From positions 1-39,818 of the forward strand of contig CAZSMG010000004.1 in the NCBI GenBank assembly GCA_964608075.1: DNA of 39,818 bases. The letters run 5' to 3'. This document shows positions 29,792-38,648 of the stretch, in pieces. Position 1 is the stretch's first letter, and every line of letters begins with the position of its first letter. The notes below the pieces were generated by a model. That model was not told where the DNA came from. It was given only the letters and a program-made list of their open reading frames with translations, and did not search any database. The position numbers were made by a program, and so were the translations under genes. The DNA is from an uncultured Clostridium sp. (lineage in GTDB: Bacteria; Bacillota; Clostridia; TANB77; CAG-508).

Positions 29792-30499
29792 TTACGTCTT
29801 TTGTTCTTTTAACCTTTGTGTGAATATACTTGTATACTCCATATTACCAATGACTATATGATCTAATAATTCTATACCTAAAAGATTAGATGCTTCATAT
29901 ATTCTATCTGTGATTTCAATATCACTTTTACTTGGAGTTGAATCTCCACTTGGGTGATTATGCACTAATATAATTTTGGGTGCTTGCACCTTTATAGCTT
30001 CTTCTAAAATGTTTCTAACTTCGATTTTTGCAAAATTGGTACCACCTAATGATATATTTAGCATTTTCAAAATAATATTTTTACTATTTAATAATATTAC
30101 TTTTGCTATTTCCCTTTTTTCAAATCTTAAATCATCCATTAAAATTTTAGCAACATCACTTGGCTGTCTAATTTTAATTTTTTTATAGTCTGTTGGCTTA
30201 TTCATCCTTATCGAAAGTTCGCATAATGCTTTTAATTGTATAGCTTTTACTCTTCCTATTCCTTTTATATTCATAAACTCTTTTAAAGATAAATCTCTTA
30301 GAAAATTAAGTTCATCTTTATTTTCATTATTGTTTAATTTTAAAATCCTTCGTGCAAGTTCAACAGATGTTTCATTTTTTGTTCCGCTTTTTATAATTAT
30401 TGCCAATAGTTCTGCATTTGATAAAACTTTTTCACCATATAATTCTAATTTTTCATATGGTCTTTCTCCAACTGGCAATTCTTTAATTTTTAAAGACAA
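29792..30499 (-). CDS. radC: RadC family JAB-domain protein (UPF0758)
   Basis: ERPYEKL...LSNAELLAII, HhH motif IKGIGRVKA, HNHPSGDSTPS..D, LLDHIVI. Confidence 0.95.
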   Translation of the reverse strand: MSLKIKELPVGERPYEKLELYGEKVLSNAELLAIIIKSGTKNETSVELARRILKLNNNENKDELNFLRDLSLKEFMNIKGIGRVKAIQLKALCELSIRMNKPTDYKKIKIRQPSDVAKILMDDLRFEKREIAKVILLNSKNIILKMLNISLGGTNFAKIEVRNILEEAIKVQAPKIILVHNHPSGDSTPSKSDIEITDRIYEASNLLGIELLDHIVIGNMEYTSIFTQRLKEQKT

Positions 30500-30548
30500 A
30501 ATATCATTCCTCTCTATTTATTATTATTTTGCCCCTAAATAAATTAAA

Positions 30549-30818
30549 CTAAACTTTTCTATATATAAATATAGCTAATGCCATACCTATAATACTTGCA
30601 ATATTTATTCTTACCATTAATGCAAATGTGATTTTTACAATACTTAAATTTAAAACAAGTGGATTCTCTAATCCAAACTCTTGTCCAAAAGAAAGCCACC
30701 ATAACCAATCCACTCTTGATGCTAACTCCCCAAGTAATCCCCCTATTACTAATCCTGATAATATAAATATTAATAAAATCCATATGTTTTTTTCTCTTGT
30801 ACTCATATTTTCCTCCAT
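30549..30818 (-). CDS. Small membrane protein, DUF4321-like
   Basis: 89 aa; GLVIGGLLGEL...FGLENPLVLNL...INIASIIG; heads the radC-mre operon as in other Clostridia. Confidence 0.8.
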   Translation of the reverse strand: MEENMSTREKNIWILLIFILSGLVIGGLLGELASRVDWLWWLSFGQEFGLENPLVLNLSIVKITFALMVRINIASIIGMALAIFIYRKV

Positions 30819-30856
30819 TTATTCTTCCCTACGGATATTGGTTTTATCACATTGCT

Positions 30857-30885
30857 ATTATATATGTTATGGAATTATTTTTCAA
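30857..30885 (-). promoter_or_regulatory. SigA-type promoter for the DUF4321-radC-mre operon
   Basis: TTGAAA-17 nt-TATAAT. Confidence 0.6.
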
Positions 30886-31026
30886 GTGTATAATTCATAT
30901 TTTTATAAATAATACTTTCTTTTTTAAAATTATTATGCTATATTTTTATTACCAAAATTTGTTCCTTTAAATATAATAATAATAGTAGTATAATTAAATT
31001 AGTACAATTAGGAGGAATTATTATTT

Positions 31027-31653
31027 ATGAAAATAGAAAAATTAACTGAAAACAAGATAAGAATTATTCTTAATATTGAGGATCTAGAAAAAAATAATAT
31101 AGACTTACATTCTTTTATGTCTAATTCACTAGAATCTCAAAGTCTATTTATGGATATTTTAGACAAAGCTGAAGATGAAGTCGGTTTTATAACTAAAGAT
31201 TGTAAAATTCTAATTGAGGCTATTGCTTCTTCTGATGGACACTTCATTTTTACAATTACAAAATATTCACCTTCTCCTGAAAAAGAAAAAGTGAAAAAGA
31301 AAAAAGTAAATATAAAGAAAAAACAACCTAATATTGATTTTAAAGAAGTTATTTATGTTTTTGAAACATTTGAAGAATTTTGTAATTATTGTTCTTACAT
31401 AAACTCAAGTAATTTAAATAATTTGCATGGATTATCTACAAATATTTCATTATATCTTTATAATAATAAATATTATTTAATATTAAAAAATATAAATTTA
31501 TCTTATAAACATTTAAAATCTTTTTACGCATCTATATCAGAATTTGCAAAATTAATAAATCATTCTGATAATTTTGAGTCAAAACTTATAGAACATGGAA
31601 AATTGATTATAAAGAAAAATGCTATAAAAAAAGGGATAGAATTTTTTGTATAA
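31027..31653 (+). CDS. mecA: ClpC adaptor protein MecA
   Basis: N-terminus MKIEKLTENKIRIIL..EDL; C-terminal domain with IYVFETFEEF, SLYLYNNKYYL, LIEHGKLII. Confidence 0.88.
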   Translation: MKIEKLTENKIRIILNIEDLEKNNIDLHSFMSNSLESQSLFMDILDKAEDEVGFITKDCKILIEAIASSDGHFIFTITKYSPSPEKEKVKKKKVNIKKKQPNIDFKEVIYVFETFEEFCNYCSYINSSNLNNLHGLSTNISLYLYNNKYYLILKNINLSYKHLKSFYASISEFAKLINHSDNFESKLIEHGKLIIKKNAIKKGIEFFV

Positions 31654-31661
31654 TTATATAA

Positions 31662-31700
31662 AAAATAATAGGTATCAGTTTGAGCTGATACCTTTATTTT
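31662..31700. terminator. Bidirectional intrinsic terminator
   Basis: aggtatcag / ctgatacct stem with A/T flanks between convergent mecA and the M23 gene. Confidence 0.8.
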
Positions 31701-32691
31701 AATATACATAGTTTTGTGGATTATATGCTACCCCATTTACTCTTACTTCTAAATGAAGGTGTGGTCCTGTTGAATTTCCTGTTGATCCAACAGCTGCTAT
31801 ATTTTGCCCTTGTGAAACCTTTTGTCCTACACTTACGTTTAATTTACTACAATGTGCATAATATGTTTGCACGCCATTACCATGGGAAATTACTACCATA
31901 TTTCCATATGAACCTTTTCTTCCTGCAAATGAAACTATTCCTGATGCAGCAGCCCCTATTTTAGTACCAGTTGGTGCTGCTATATCTAATCCTGTATGTG
32001 TTCCAGATCTTACTCTACTATTAGATGCAAATCTAGATGTTATTCTTCCTGAAATTGGTCTTGCTAATGCTACTCCTAATGAAACTTTTTGTACTGATAC
32101 ATTTCTTGCTGTTGATACCCTTCCTGAAGATTTATTTGTTGTATCTGTTTTAGAAATAGTTGCTTTTTTTTCATATAACTTAGAAATAGCTTCTTGAGTA
32201 GATACAAATTCTCTTAATTCTGTTTCATATTTTTCAATAATTGATATTGATTCTATATTTGAGCTATTCTTTTCCTTTAAGCTTTCAATTACTGATTCAG
32301 CTTCTTGAAAATTAGATACATATACTTTTTCTTCTTGTGAATCTAAAATTGCATAATATTTATAATATGTTGTACCTTGACTTTTTACCATATTAAAAAT
32401 TTCATCGTCATTAGTTACAATATTTTTCTTTAATAAACAAAGTTTATATTGTGGTAAATCATCTATTTGCACAAATGCTACATTTTCGCTTTCGCCATTT
32501 TCTATATAATCATTTATTTTGCTTTGTAATTTACTTTTATTTGCACTATATCCAACTTCTTGTCCATTTATTGTTACACTATAAATAGGTTTGTATAAAA
32601 AAGCTACTGCACCTATTATTAAAAATGTCCCTATAAGTACAAGTAATATGAATTTTACAGATGTCCTTAAATGGATTAACATCTTTTTCAT
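31699..32691 (-). CDS. Membrane-anchored M23 family metallo-endopeptidase
   Basis: HTGLD and HLH zinc motifs, YGNMVVI.H, GSTGNSTGP; N-terminal TM helix. Confidence 0.92.
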   Translation of the reverse strand: MKKMLIHLRTSVKFILLVLIGTFLIIGAVAFLYKPIYSVTINGQEVGYSANKSKLQSKINDYIENGESENVAFVQIDDLPQYKLCLLKKNIVTNDDEIFNMVKSQGTTYYKYYAILDSQEEKVYVSNFQEAESVIESLKEKNSSNIESISIIEKYETELREFVSTQEAISKLYEKKATISKTDTTNKSSGRVSTARNVSVQKVSLGVALARPISGRITSRFASNSRVRSGTHTGLDIAAPTGTKIGAAASGIVSFAGRKGSYGNMVVISHGNGVQTYYAHCSKLNVSVGQKVSQGQNIAAVGSTGNSTGPHLHLEVRVNGVAYNPQNYVY

Positions 32692-32927
32692 AATTTTTAT
32701 AATCTCCTTTGTACATTTGATGTTAATATTTTATATAAATATTTCTTATTTTGCAATTTTAATTGACTATCACTTTCTTCAAATTATACTATGTTTTCTC
32801 TCTTAATCTCATTTTTACTCCATTTTACAAATGTATTATTTAAATACAAATTATATATAAATACTATACTAATATTAATATAAAAAATGAGTTCAACCCT
32901 CTATTTTTTATAAAACTCATTATAGGT

Positions 32928-32963
32928 AAAAAAGTTAGAAGTCTAATATCTGACCTCTAACTT
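32928..32963 (-). terminator. Intrinsic terminator after the MMPL operon
   Basis: Minus strand AAGTTAGAGGTC-loop-GACTTCTAACTT followed by a T run. Confidence 0.75.
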
Positions 32964-32974
32964 CTAATTTCTAT

Positions 32975-35125
32975 TTATTCTTCCTCACTTTTTTCTGTTT
33001 TTTGTTCTTCATTTAATATAACTTCTTCCTTTGATTCATCATTTTTCTCATGTCTTTTTATACTATCAATTATCATAATAAACTTAACATTTCCATCATT
33101 ATCTCCATTTATCATTGTAAAATTATTATATTGTTTTGATAATTCTGTAAGTTCTTTAACTCTTTGTGTAATATCTTTTAAATCTCCATTTATATAATTG
33201 CAAATTTTATCAATTCCATCTTTATTAAATGTTGTTATTCCCTTTGATAGTGTATTTAATCCATTTGATAAATCTCCTGTACCTCTATTTATTTTATATA
33301 ATCCTGTCTCTAATTCTCCCAATCCTTTTTCTAATTTACTCATTTGAGAAATTACAGTTTTTTGAGCAGTACTTTTCACTTCATTTGCCACTGTTTTTGC
33401 TGTTGAAGTTGCTGTTGTTTTAGCAGTTTGGATTGCTGTTTGTTCTGCAACTGATTGTGCTGTTTGATTTGCTACTTGACCTGCAACCTGTCCTGCAACA
33501 TTTTGTGCTGTTTGGCTTGCTACTTGACTACTTACTTGACCTGCTATCGTTTGCGCTGTTTGATTTGCCACTTGACCTGCAATTTGCCCTGCAACCGATT
33601 GTGCTGTTTGATTTGCTACTTGACCTGCAATTTGTTCTGCAACTGATTGTGCTGTTTGATTTGCTACTCCGCTTGCTACTTGTGAAGCCGTAATTTGTAC
33701 AGCTGACTCTGCAGCACTTTGTGCAAATGGTAAAACTAATGCTTTTTGTTCTTTAGTTAATGATTTATAACTATCATTTTTCTCTAATCCCGCTTCAACT
33801 GCTTTTTTTATTTTAGAAACTTGTTCTTTCGATAATTTAAAATTTTCTACCTGTTTTTCTGCATTTTTTCCTATTGATTGTTTTTGCTTTTCTATTGTAT
33901 TTGCTGCTGTTTTCGCTGCCCCATTTCCTATTTGTTCTTTCTGTTTTTCTATTATATTTGTAGCAGTTTCTTCTGCTTGTTTTCCTATTTGTCCTTTTTG
34001 TTTTTCTATTGTATTCGTTGCTGTTTTTGCTGCTTCATTTCCTATTGCACCTTTTTGTTTTTCTATTGTACTTGTTGCTGTTTTTGCTGCTTCATTTCCT
34101 ATTGTCTCTTTTTGTTTTCCTATTGTAGTTGTTGCAGTTTTCTCTGCCTGTTTTCCTATCTGATTTAAAGTTTTTTTATCTAGTGCTTCACTATTATCTT
34201 GTTTTAATGTCTTTGTAGATTTTTGTACTTCAGATTTAATTTTCTTTGAGCCATTATATGCACTATTAACTCCTTTTTTTAAATCTATTGCTCCTGTTGC
34301 CAAAGTATCTGCTCCTGCTTTAATCTCATTGCTTGAAATTTGTAATTTTCTTACTTTAGCATATATTTCATCTAATTTATCAAAAAATTCTAAATCACTT
34401 TCTTCTATTACTTTAGGAGTTACAAATGTAACTATATTGTTTAACTCAAAATCTGTAGCATCCATTTTAATTTCAATACTATCTGGTACATCTAATCTGC
34501 TTTTAGATATATCTAAACTTTCTTGCATACCTGGCATTGCAATTCCCATTACTATTGATTTTGTTCCATCATTTATTACCTTACCATTTGAAATTGTTAT
34601 ATTTTTGTTATTATCATTTTTAATAATTGTTCCTGCTACTGCTATAAATGGTGTATACATTTTTACATTTTTTCCATTTATATTTACAATATGTTCATCT
34701 TTATTTTTATATTGTAAGGTTATTTTTACACTTCCTGACTTTCCTGCTAATTCTTCTGCTGATATTTCTTTCCCATTTAATTCGTATTTTACATTACATT
34801 CAATTGGTAACTCTTTTTGACTTTCTCCTTGATAATATATATCATTTTTATTTGATTGCCATATTATAGAATTTCCGTCTTGAGTAAATTTTTCATCTCC
34901 ATTTGTATTTTCAATATTTAATAAATCTGATAAATCATTTATTAATTCTTGACTTTCACTATTTTTTATATGAGTACTAACTATTGTATTATATTTGTTT
35001 CCAGAATTATCTAACTTTGAATATATTGTTTCATCTTTTGTATATGCTAAAACAGGTAGTGTATATGTAAATATTGTACATAATAATATACTAGAAATTA
35101 TTTTTATACTAATTTTCTTTTTCAT
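32975..35125 (-). CDS. Secreted coiled-coil protein associated with the MMPL transporter (YhgE/Pip-like X-X-X-Leu-X-X-Gly heptads, internal tandem repeats)
   Basis: Signal peptide, N-terminal globular domain (KDETIY...YYQG...LAGKSG), LxxG heptads flanking two repeat arrays. Start moved to ATG 35125 (SD AAAGGA). Confidence 0.75.
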   Translation of the reverse strand: MKKKISIKIISSILLCTIFTYTLPVLAYTKDETIYSKLDNSGNKYNTIVSTHIKNSESQELINDLSDLLNIENTNGDEKFTQDGNSIIWQSNKNDIYYQGESQKELPIECNVKYELNGKEISAEELAGKSGSVKITLQYKNKDEHIVNINGKNVKMYTPFIAVAGTIIKNDNNKNITISNGKVINDGTKSIVMGIAMPGMQESLDISKSRLDVPDSIEIKMDATDFELNNIVTFVTPKVIEESDLEFFDKLDEIYAKVRKLQISSNEIKAGADTLATGAIDLKKGVNSAYNGSKKIKSEVQKSTKTLKQDNSEALDKKTLNQIGKQAEKTATTTIGKQKETIGNEAAKTATSTIEKQKGAIGNEAAKTATNTIEKQKGQIGKQAEETATNIIEKQKEQIGNGAAKTAANTIEKQKQSIGKNAEKQVENFKLSKEQVSKIKKAVEAGLEKNDSYKSLTKEQKALVLPFAQSAAESAVQITASQVASGVANQTAQSVAEQIAGQVANQTAQSVAGQIAGQVANQTAQTIAGQVSSQVASQTAQNVAGQVAGQVANQTAQSVAEQTAIQTAKTTATSTAKTVANEVKSTAQKTVISQMSKLEKGLGELETGLYKINRGTGDLSNGLNTLSKGITTFNKDGIDKICNYINGDLKDITQRVKELTELSKQYNNFTMINGDNDGNVKFIMIIDSIKRHEKNDESKEEVILNEEQKTEKSEEE
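33434..33697 (-). repeat. In-frame 48-bp (16-aa) tandem repeat, about 5.5 copies
   Basis: QSVAEQIAGQVANQTA / QSVAGQIAGQVANQTA / QTIAGQVSSQVASQTA / QNVAGQVAGQVANQTA; DNA tgtgctgtttgatttgctacttgacctgc recurs. Confidence 0.9.
33851..34162 (-). repeat. In-frame 57-bp (19-aa) tandem repeat, about 5.5 copies
   Basis: QIGKQAEKTATTTIGKQKE / TIGNEAAKTATSTIEKQKG / AIGNEAAKTATNTIEKQKG / QIGKQAEETATNIIEKQKE / QIGNGAAKTAANTIEKQKQ. Confidence 0.9.
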
Positions 35126-35152
35126 ATCTATCAATTCCTTTCTTATATTATT

Positions 35153-37222
35153 TTAATTTTTTATTCTTCTCATACCTATTGTTGTTTTACAAATAATTTT
35201 ATCAAACATCATCAAAAATGCTGGTAATACTGTTATTACAACAATCATACTTATTATTGCACCTCTTGACATTAATGTACATAGCGACCCAATCATTTCT
35301 ATTTTAGAATAAGCTCCAACTCCAAATGTTGCTCCAAAGAAGCATAATCCACTAACTACAATTGAACTTATCGATGTACCTAAAGCTTCATCTATTGCTT
35401 GTTTTTTATCTTTTCCTTCTTTTCTTAAATTTATATATTTTGTTGTAATTAATATCGCATAATCTATTGTAGCTCCTAACTGAATTGTACCTATAACTAT
35501 TGATGCTACAAATGGTAATGTAGTATTAGTAAATGTTGGTATACCCATATTAATAAATATTGCAAATTCTATTACAATTATTAAAATTATTGGTAATGAA
35601 ATAGATTTTAATACAGCTATCATAAGTATAAATATAATTGCAATTGACACAATATTTACACTATTAAAATCATGATCACTTATTTCAACTAAATCTTTCA
35701 TAAGCGGTCCTTCTCCTGCTAAAATTGCATCTTCGTCATATTCTTTTATTATATTGTTAATCTGTTCAATCTGATTATTTAATTCATCTGTTGCCATTTC
35801 GTATTTTGAATTTATTAAAATTAATTGATATTTATCATTTTTAAATATAGATTTAACATCATCTGAAAGAGCATCAACTGGTAATGTCCCACTTCCTATT
35901 TTTGCATATGATAAAGTCCATTCTATTCCATCAATTTTTTCTATTTTATCTAACATTTTATTTACTTTATAATCTGGAATATCTTTATCTATTAATAATA
36001 TTTCTGCTGAAACAACATTAAATTTTTTTTCTAATTCATTATTAGCCTCTACACTAGGTAATGTTTTTGGCAATGTTTTATCTAAGTTGTAGTAAACTTT
36101 AGTATTTGTATAACCATATATTGCTATTGGTAAAATTATTATAAATAAAATTATAATTGCCTTATAATGTTTTATATTAAACTCTTTTAATTTTGTAAAT
36201 TTAGGTAATATTTCTTTATGGCTAGTTTTATCTATCAATTTATTACATGTAAGTAACATTGCTGGTAATATTGTTATAACTGATATAACTCCTAACAATA
36301 CACCTTTTGCCATTACTATTCCTATATCACTTCCTAGGCTCAAATCCATACTACAAAGTGCTAAAAATCCTGCAATTGTTGTTAAAGAACTACCTATTAC
36401 AGAAACCATTGTTTTTGATATTGCATGTGCCATAGCTTCTTCTATATTTGAATACTTTTCTTTTTCCGCCTTGTAACTATGATAAAGAAATATTGCAAAA
36501 TCCATTGTAACACCTAGTTGCAAAACTGCACTTATTGCTTTTGTTATATATGAAATTTCTCCTAGAAAAACATTAGTACCCATATTATACAAAATGGCTA
36601 TTCCTATATTTATTAATAAAAATATAGGTGCTATATATGAATCTAATGCTAATTGCAAAATTATTAGACAAAGAGCTACTGCTATAACTACATATATTAC
36701 TATTTCTGAATTAGATAAATTTCTAGTATCTATTACAGTTGATGTCATACCACTAATCTTACATTGTCCTTCTGTCATATCTCTTAGTTTTTCAACTGTT
36801 GCAACTGTTGTATCAGAAGATATTCCGTCTTTAAATGTTACTAATAAAGCTGTATCTCCATCTTTATATATCTTGTCTTTTATTTCATCTGGTATCATTT
36901 TCGTTGGTATATTACTTCCTAAAATATCCGCTATCCCTACAACTTTTTCAACATTATCTAATTGCTTTATGTTATTTTCAAGTATAACAATATCTTTTGT
37001 CTTCATATTTTTTACCAGAACAATAGAAAAAGCTCCCATATTAAAATCTTCTGATAAAATATTCTCACCCTTTATTGTTTCAATGTCTTCTGGTAAATAC
37101 ACTAAAATATCATAATTAATTTTAGTAGCTTTCATTCCTATTATCGATGGAATTAAAAGTAATAGTGCAACTATTAGTATTATTTTTCTATGCTTACACA
37201 CTATTTTGCCAAACTTATGCAT
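35153..37222 (-). CDS. MMPL family (RND superfamily) transporter
   Basis: Two repeats of 1 TM, an external domain and 5 TM; LQLGVTMDFAIFL and IQLGATIDYAILI motifs. Confidence 0.92.
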   Translation of the reverse strand: MHKFGKIVCKHRKIILIVALLLLIPSIIGMKATKINYDILVYLPEDIETIKGENILSEDFNMGAFSIVLVKNMKTKDIVILENNIKQLDNVEKVVGIADILGSNIPTKMIPDEIKDKIYKDGDTALLVTFKDGISSDTTVATVEKLRDMTEGQCKISGMTSTVIDTRNLSNSEIVIYVVIAVALCLIILQLALDSYIAPIFLLINIGIAILYNMGTNVFLGEISYITKAISAVLQLGVTMDFAIFLYHSYKAEKEKYSNIEEAMAHAISKTMVSVIGSSLTTIAGFLALCSMDLSLGSDIGIVMAKGVLLGVISVITILPAMLLTCNKLIDKTSHKEILPKFTKLKEFNIKHYKAIIILFIIILPIAIYGYTNTKVYYNLDKTLPKTLPSVEANNELEKKFNVVSAEILLIDKDIPDYKVNKMLDKIEKIDGIEWTLSYAKIGSGTLPVDALSDDVKSIFKNDKYQLILINSKYEMATDELNNQIEQINNIIKEYDEDAILAGEGPLMKDLVEISDHDFNSVNIVSIAIIFILMIAVLKSISLPIILIIVIEFAIFINMGIPTFTNTTLPFVASIVIGTIQLGATIDYAILITTKYINLRKEGKDKKQAIDEALGTSISSIVVSGLCFFGATFGVGAYSKIEMIGSLCTLMSRGAIISMIVVITVLPAFLMMFDKIICKTTIGMRRIKN

Positions 37223-37238
37223 TTTTATTCCTCCTTCT

Positions 37239-37289
37239 ATGACTATTGGTCATTTTTTATATTTTACTACTATAATGACTATTAGTCAA
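37239..37289. promoter_or_regulatory. Two palindromic TetR-type operators and the MMPL operon promoter
   Basis: ATGACTATTGGTCAT (37239-37253) and TGACTATTAGTCA (37276-37288). The second overlaps the -35 of minus-strand TTGACT-17 nt-TAAAAT (37289 to 37261); the first lies just downstream of the likely start site. Confidence 0.8.
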
Positions 37290-37307
37290 TATCTTTATTA
37301 AAATTTA

Positions 37308-37336
37308 TTGACCTAAATTAAAAAATATGACATAAT
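37308..37336 (+). promoter_or_regulatory. SigA-type promoter for the TetR gene
   Basis: TTGACC-17 nt-CATAAT with TG extension. Confidence 0.6.
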
Positions 37337-37357
37337 ATTTTCTAGGAGGTAGTAAAA

Positions 37358-37957
37358 ATGAACATAAATGATGCAAAAAAAGAAAAAGAATCAAGATTAT
37401 TAGAAACAGCCTTTAAGCTTTTTACTCAAAAAGGAATTAAAGAAACCTCTATACAAGAAATAGTTGATAATGCAAGTGTAGCAAAAGGTACTTTTTATTT
37501 GTATTTTAAAGATAAATATGAAATAAGAGATATATTAATTGCAAAAAAATCGCATAAGTTATTTAATGACGCCTTATCAGCTTTAAGAAATAATTATATA
37601 GAAGATTTTTCTGATCAAATTATATTTATTATAAATTATGTAATTGATGAACTTACAAAAAATCAAGTTTTATTAAAATTTATTTCTAAAAATTTATCTT
37701 GGGGATTATATAGTAAAACCATATTAAAATTATATGAAAACTCTGAAAATGAAGAACAAGGATTATATAAATTATTTTTAAAAGGTGTTAATGATAATAA
37801 TTTAAATATAACTAATCCTAGTGTAACATTATTTATGATAATAGAGTTAGTTAGTTCTACATGTTTTAACTCAATTTTATATAATGAACCTCTACCAATA
37901 AATGAATATAAACCATATTTATATAAAACAATTAGAAACATATTAAAAAATAGTTAA
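37358..37957 (+). CDS. TetR/AcrR family transcriptional regulator
   Basis: HTH LLETAFKLFTQKGIKETSIQEIVDNASVAKGTFYLYFKDK; divergent from the MMPL gene. Confidence 0.95.
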   Translation: MNINDAKKEKESRLLETAFKLFTQKGIKETSIQEIVDNASVAKGTFYLYFKDKYEIRDILIAKKSHKLFNDALSALRNNYIEDFSDQIIFIINYVIDELTKNQVLLKFISKNLSWGLYSKTILKLYENSENEEQGLYKLFLKGVNDNNLNITNPSVTLFMIIELVSSTCFNSILYNEPLPINEYKPYLYKTIRNILKNS

Positions 37958-38029
37958 AAGCTATTAGCGGGTAAAGAAAATCAATATATAAATAAGTTAC
38001 CAATTTTCCTTACCCTCCTAATAGCTTTT
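37956..38029. terminator. Long imperfect hairpin, probable bidirectional terminator
   Basis: aaaagctattag-c-gggtaa-a-gaaaat ... attttc-c-ttaccc-tc-ctaatagctttt fills the spacer between convergent stop codons. Confidence 0.7.
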
Positions 38030-38274
38030 TATTGTTGTAATTGCGTTTTTATTGTATCTATTTCAGTTGCAGTAGCTTTTTGAGCAGAATTATAATATCC
38101 TTTTGTTTGCGCTATCTTAAAAAGCTCATATTGAAAACTTTCTAAGTTATTCCTTATTTGCTCAATTGCCTGCCTAAGTTGCATATTTTCTGATTCGCAT
38201 ATAACTTCTTGATATCTTATAAGCTCTGACTTTGCTCCTTCTAAAACATCATTAACCATTGTTTTTTCATCCAT
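38029..38274 (-). CDS. Coat F domain spore protein
   Basis: 81 aa; MVNDVL...Y...ICESENMQLRQ...QYELFKIAQTKGYY is typical of the Coat F family. Confidence 0.85.
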   Translation of the reverse strand: MDEKTMVNDVLEGAKSELIRYQEVICESENMQLRQAIEQIRNNLESFQYELFKIAQTKGYYNSAQKATATEIDTIKTQLQQ

Positions 38275-38285
38275 AGATATCCCCC

Positions 38286-38474
38286 TTAATTATTTAAAAA
38301 TGATATCAATTTTTGTTTTGCATTTAAACTATCTTGTGCTGATTTCATAAATATCTGCTTTATTTGAGGATCAACACATTCAGACGCATAATTATTAAAC
38401 TTTTGATATGATGTCTCTTGCGCCTCAATTAAATGTCTTAAATTTTGTAATTCTACCTTATTTAAGTCTGACAT
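38286..38474 (-). CDS. Small helical spore protein, partner of the Coat F gene
   Basis: LNKVELQNLRHLI...YASECVDPQIKQIF; start moved to ATG 38474 (SD AAAGGA); 11 nt from the Coat F gene. Confidence 0.75.
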   Translation of the reverse strand: MSDLNKVELQNLRHLIEAQETSYQKFNNYASECVDPQIKQIFMKSAQDSLNAKQKLISFLNN

Positions 38475-38505
38475 TTGTATCATTCCTTTCAATTTTAATT
38501 ATAAA

Positions 38506-38535
38506 TATTATTCACAATATAATTTAAAGTATTCA
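38506..38535 (-). promoter_or_regulatory. SigG-type (forespore) promoter
   Basis: TGAATA-17 nt-AATAATA fits the GHATA / MATAMTA consensus. Confidence 0.5.
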
Positions 38536-38555
38536 ATTATTTAAACATAAAAATA

Positions 38556-38594
38556 ACACTTTTAAGCACATTTTTATTTTGTGCTTAAAAGTGT
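38556..38594 (-). terminator. Intrinsic terminator after pcrA
   Basis: acacttttaagcaca / tgtgcttaaaagtgt, a perfect 15-bp stem followed on the minus strand by TATTTTT. Confidence 0.8.
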
Positions 38595-38648
38595 AAAATT
38601 AATCTTTAAATTTCATCTTCCCAAATTTTTTGATATATTAAAAAATTA

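Noticed and set aside
29792-30499. radC as a marker of a mobile element or anti-defence locus
   Set aside because: It is the full-length chromosomal form in its usual position before mreB.
32810-32920. WalR-like box and an 8-bp inverted repeat (AATGAGTT/AACTCATT) upstream of the M23 gene
   Set aside because: The half-site spacing is 4 rather than 5 and one half-site is imperfect. The inverted repeat is short enough to arise by chance, and no recombinase is nearby.
33434-34162. Possible CRISPR array
   Set aside because: Units are contiguous, degenerate and in-frame, with no unique spacers and no cas genes nearby.
33229-34168. Cys-rich and Leu-rich repetitive plus-strand ORFs resembling metallothionein or RiPP precursors
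   Set aside because: They are the reverse complement of the GCA/ACA/CAA-rich repeats in the real minus-strand gene.
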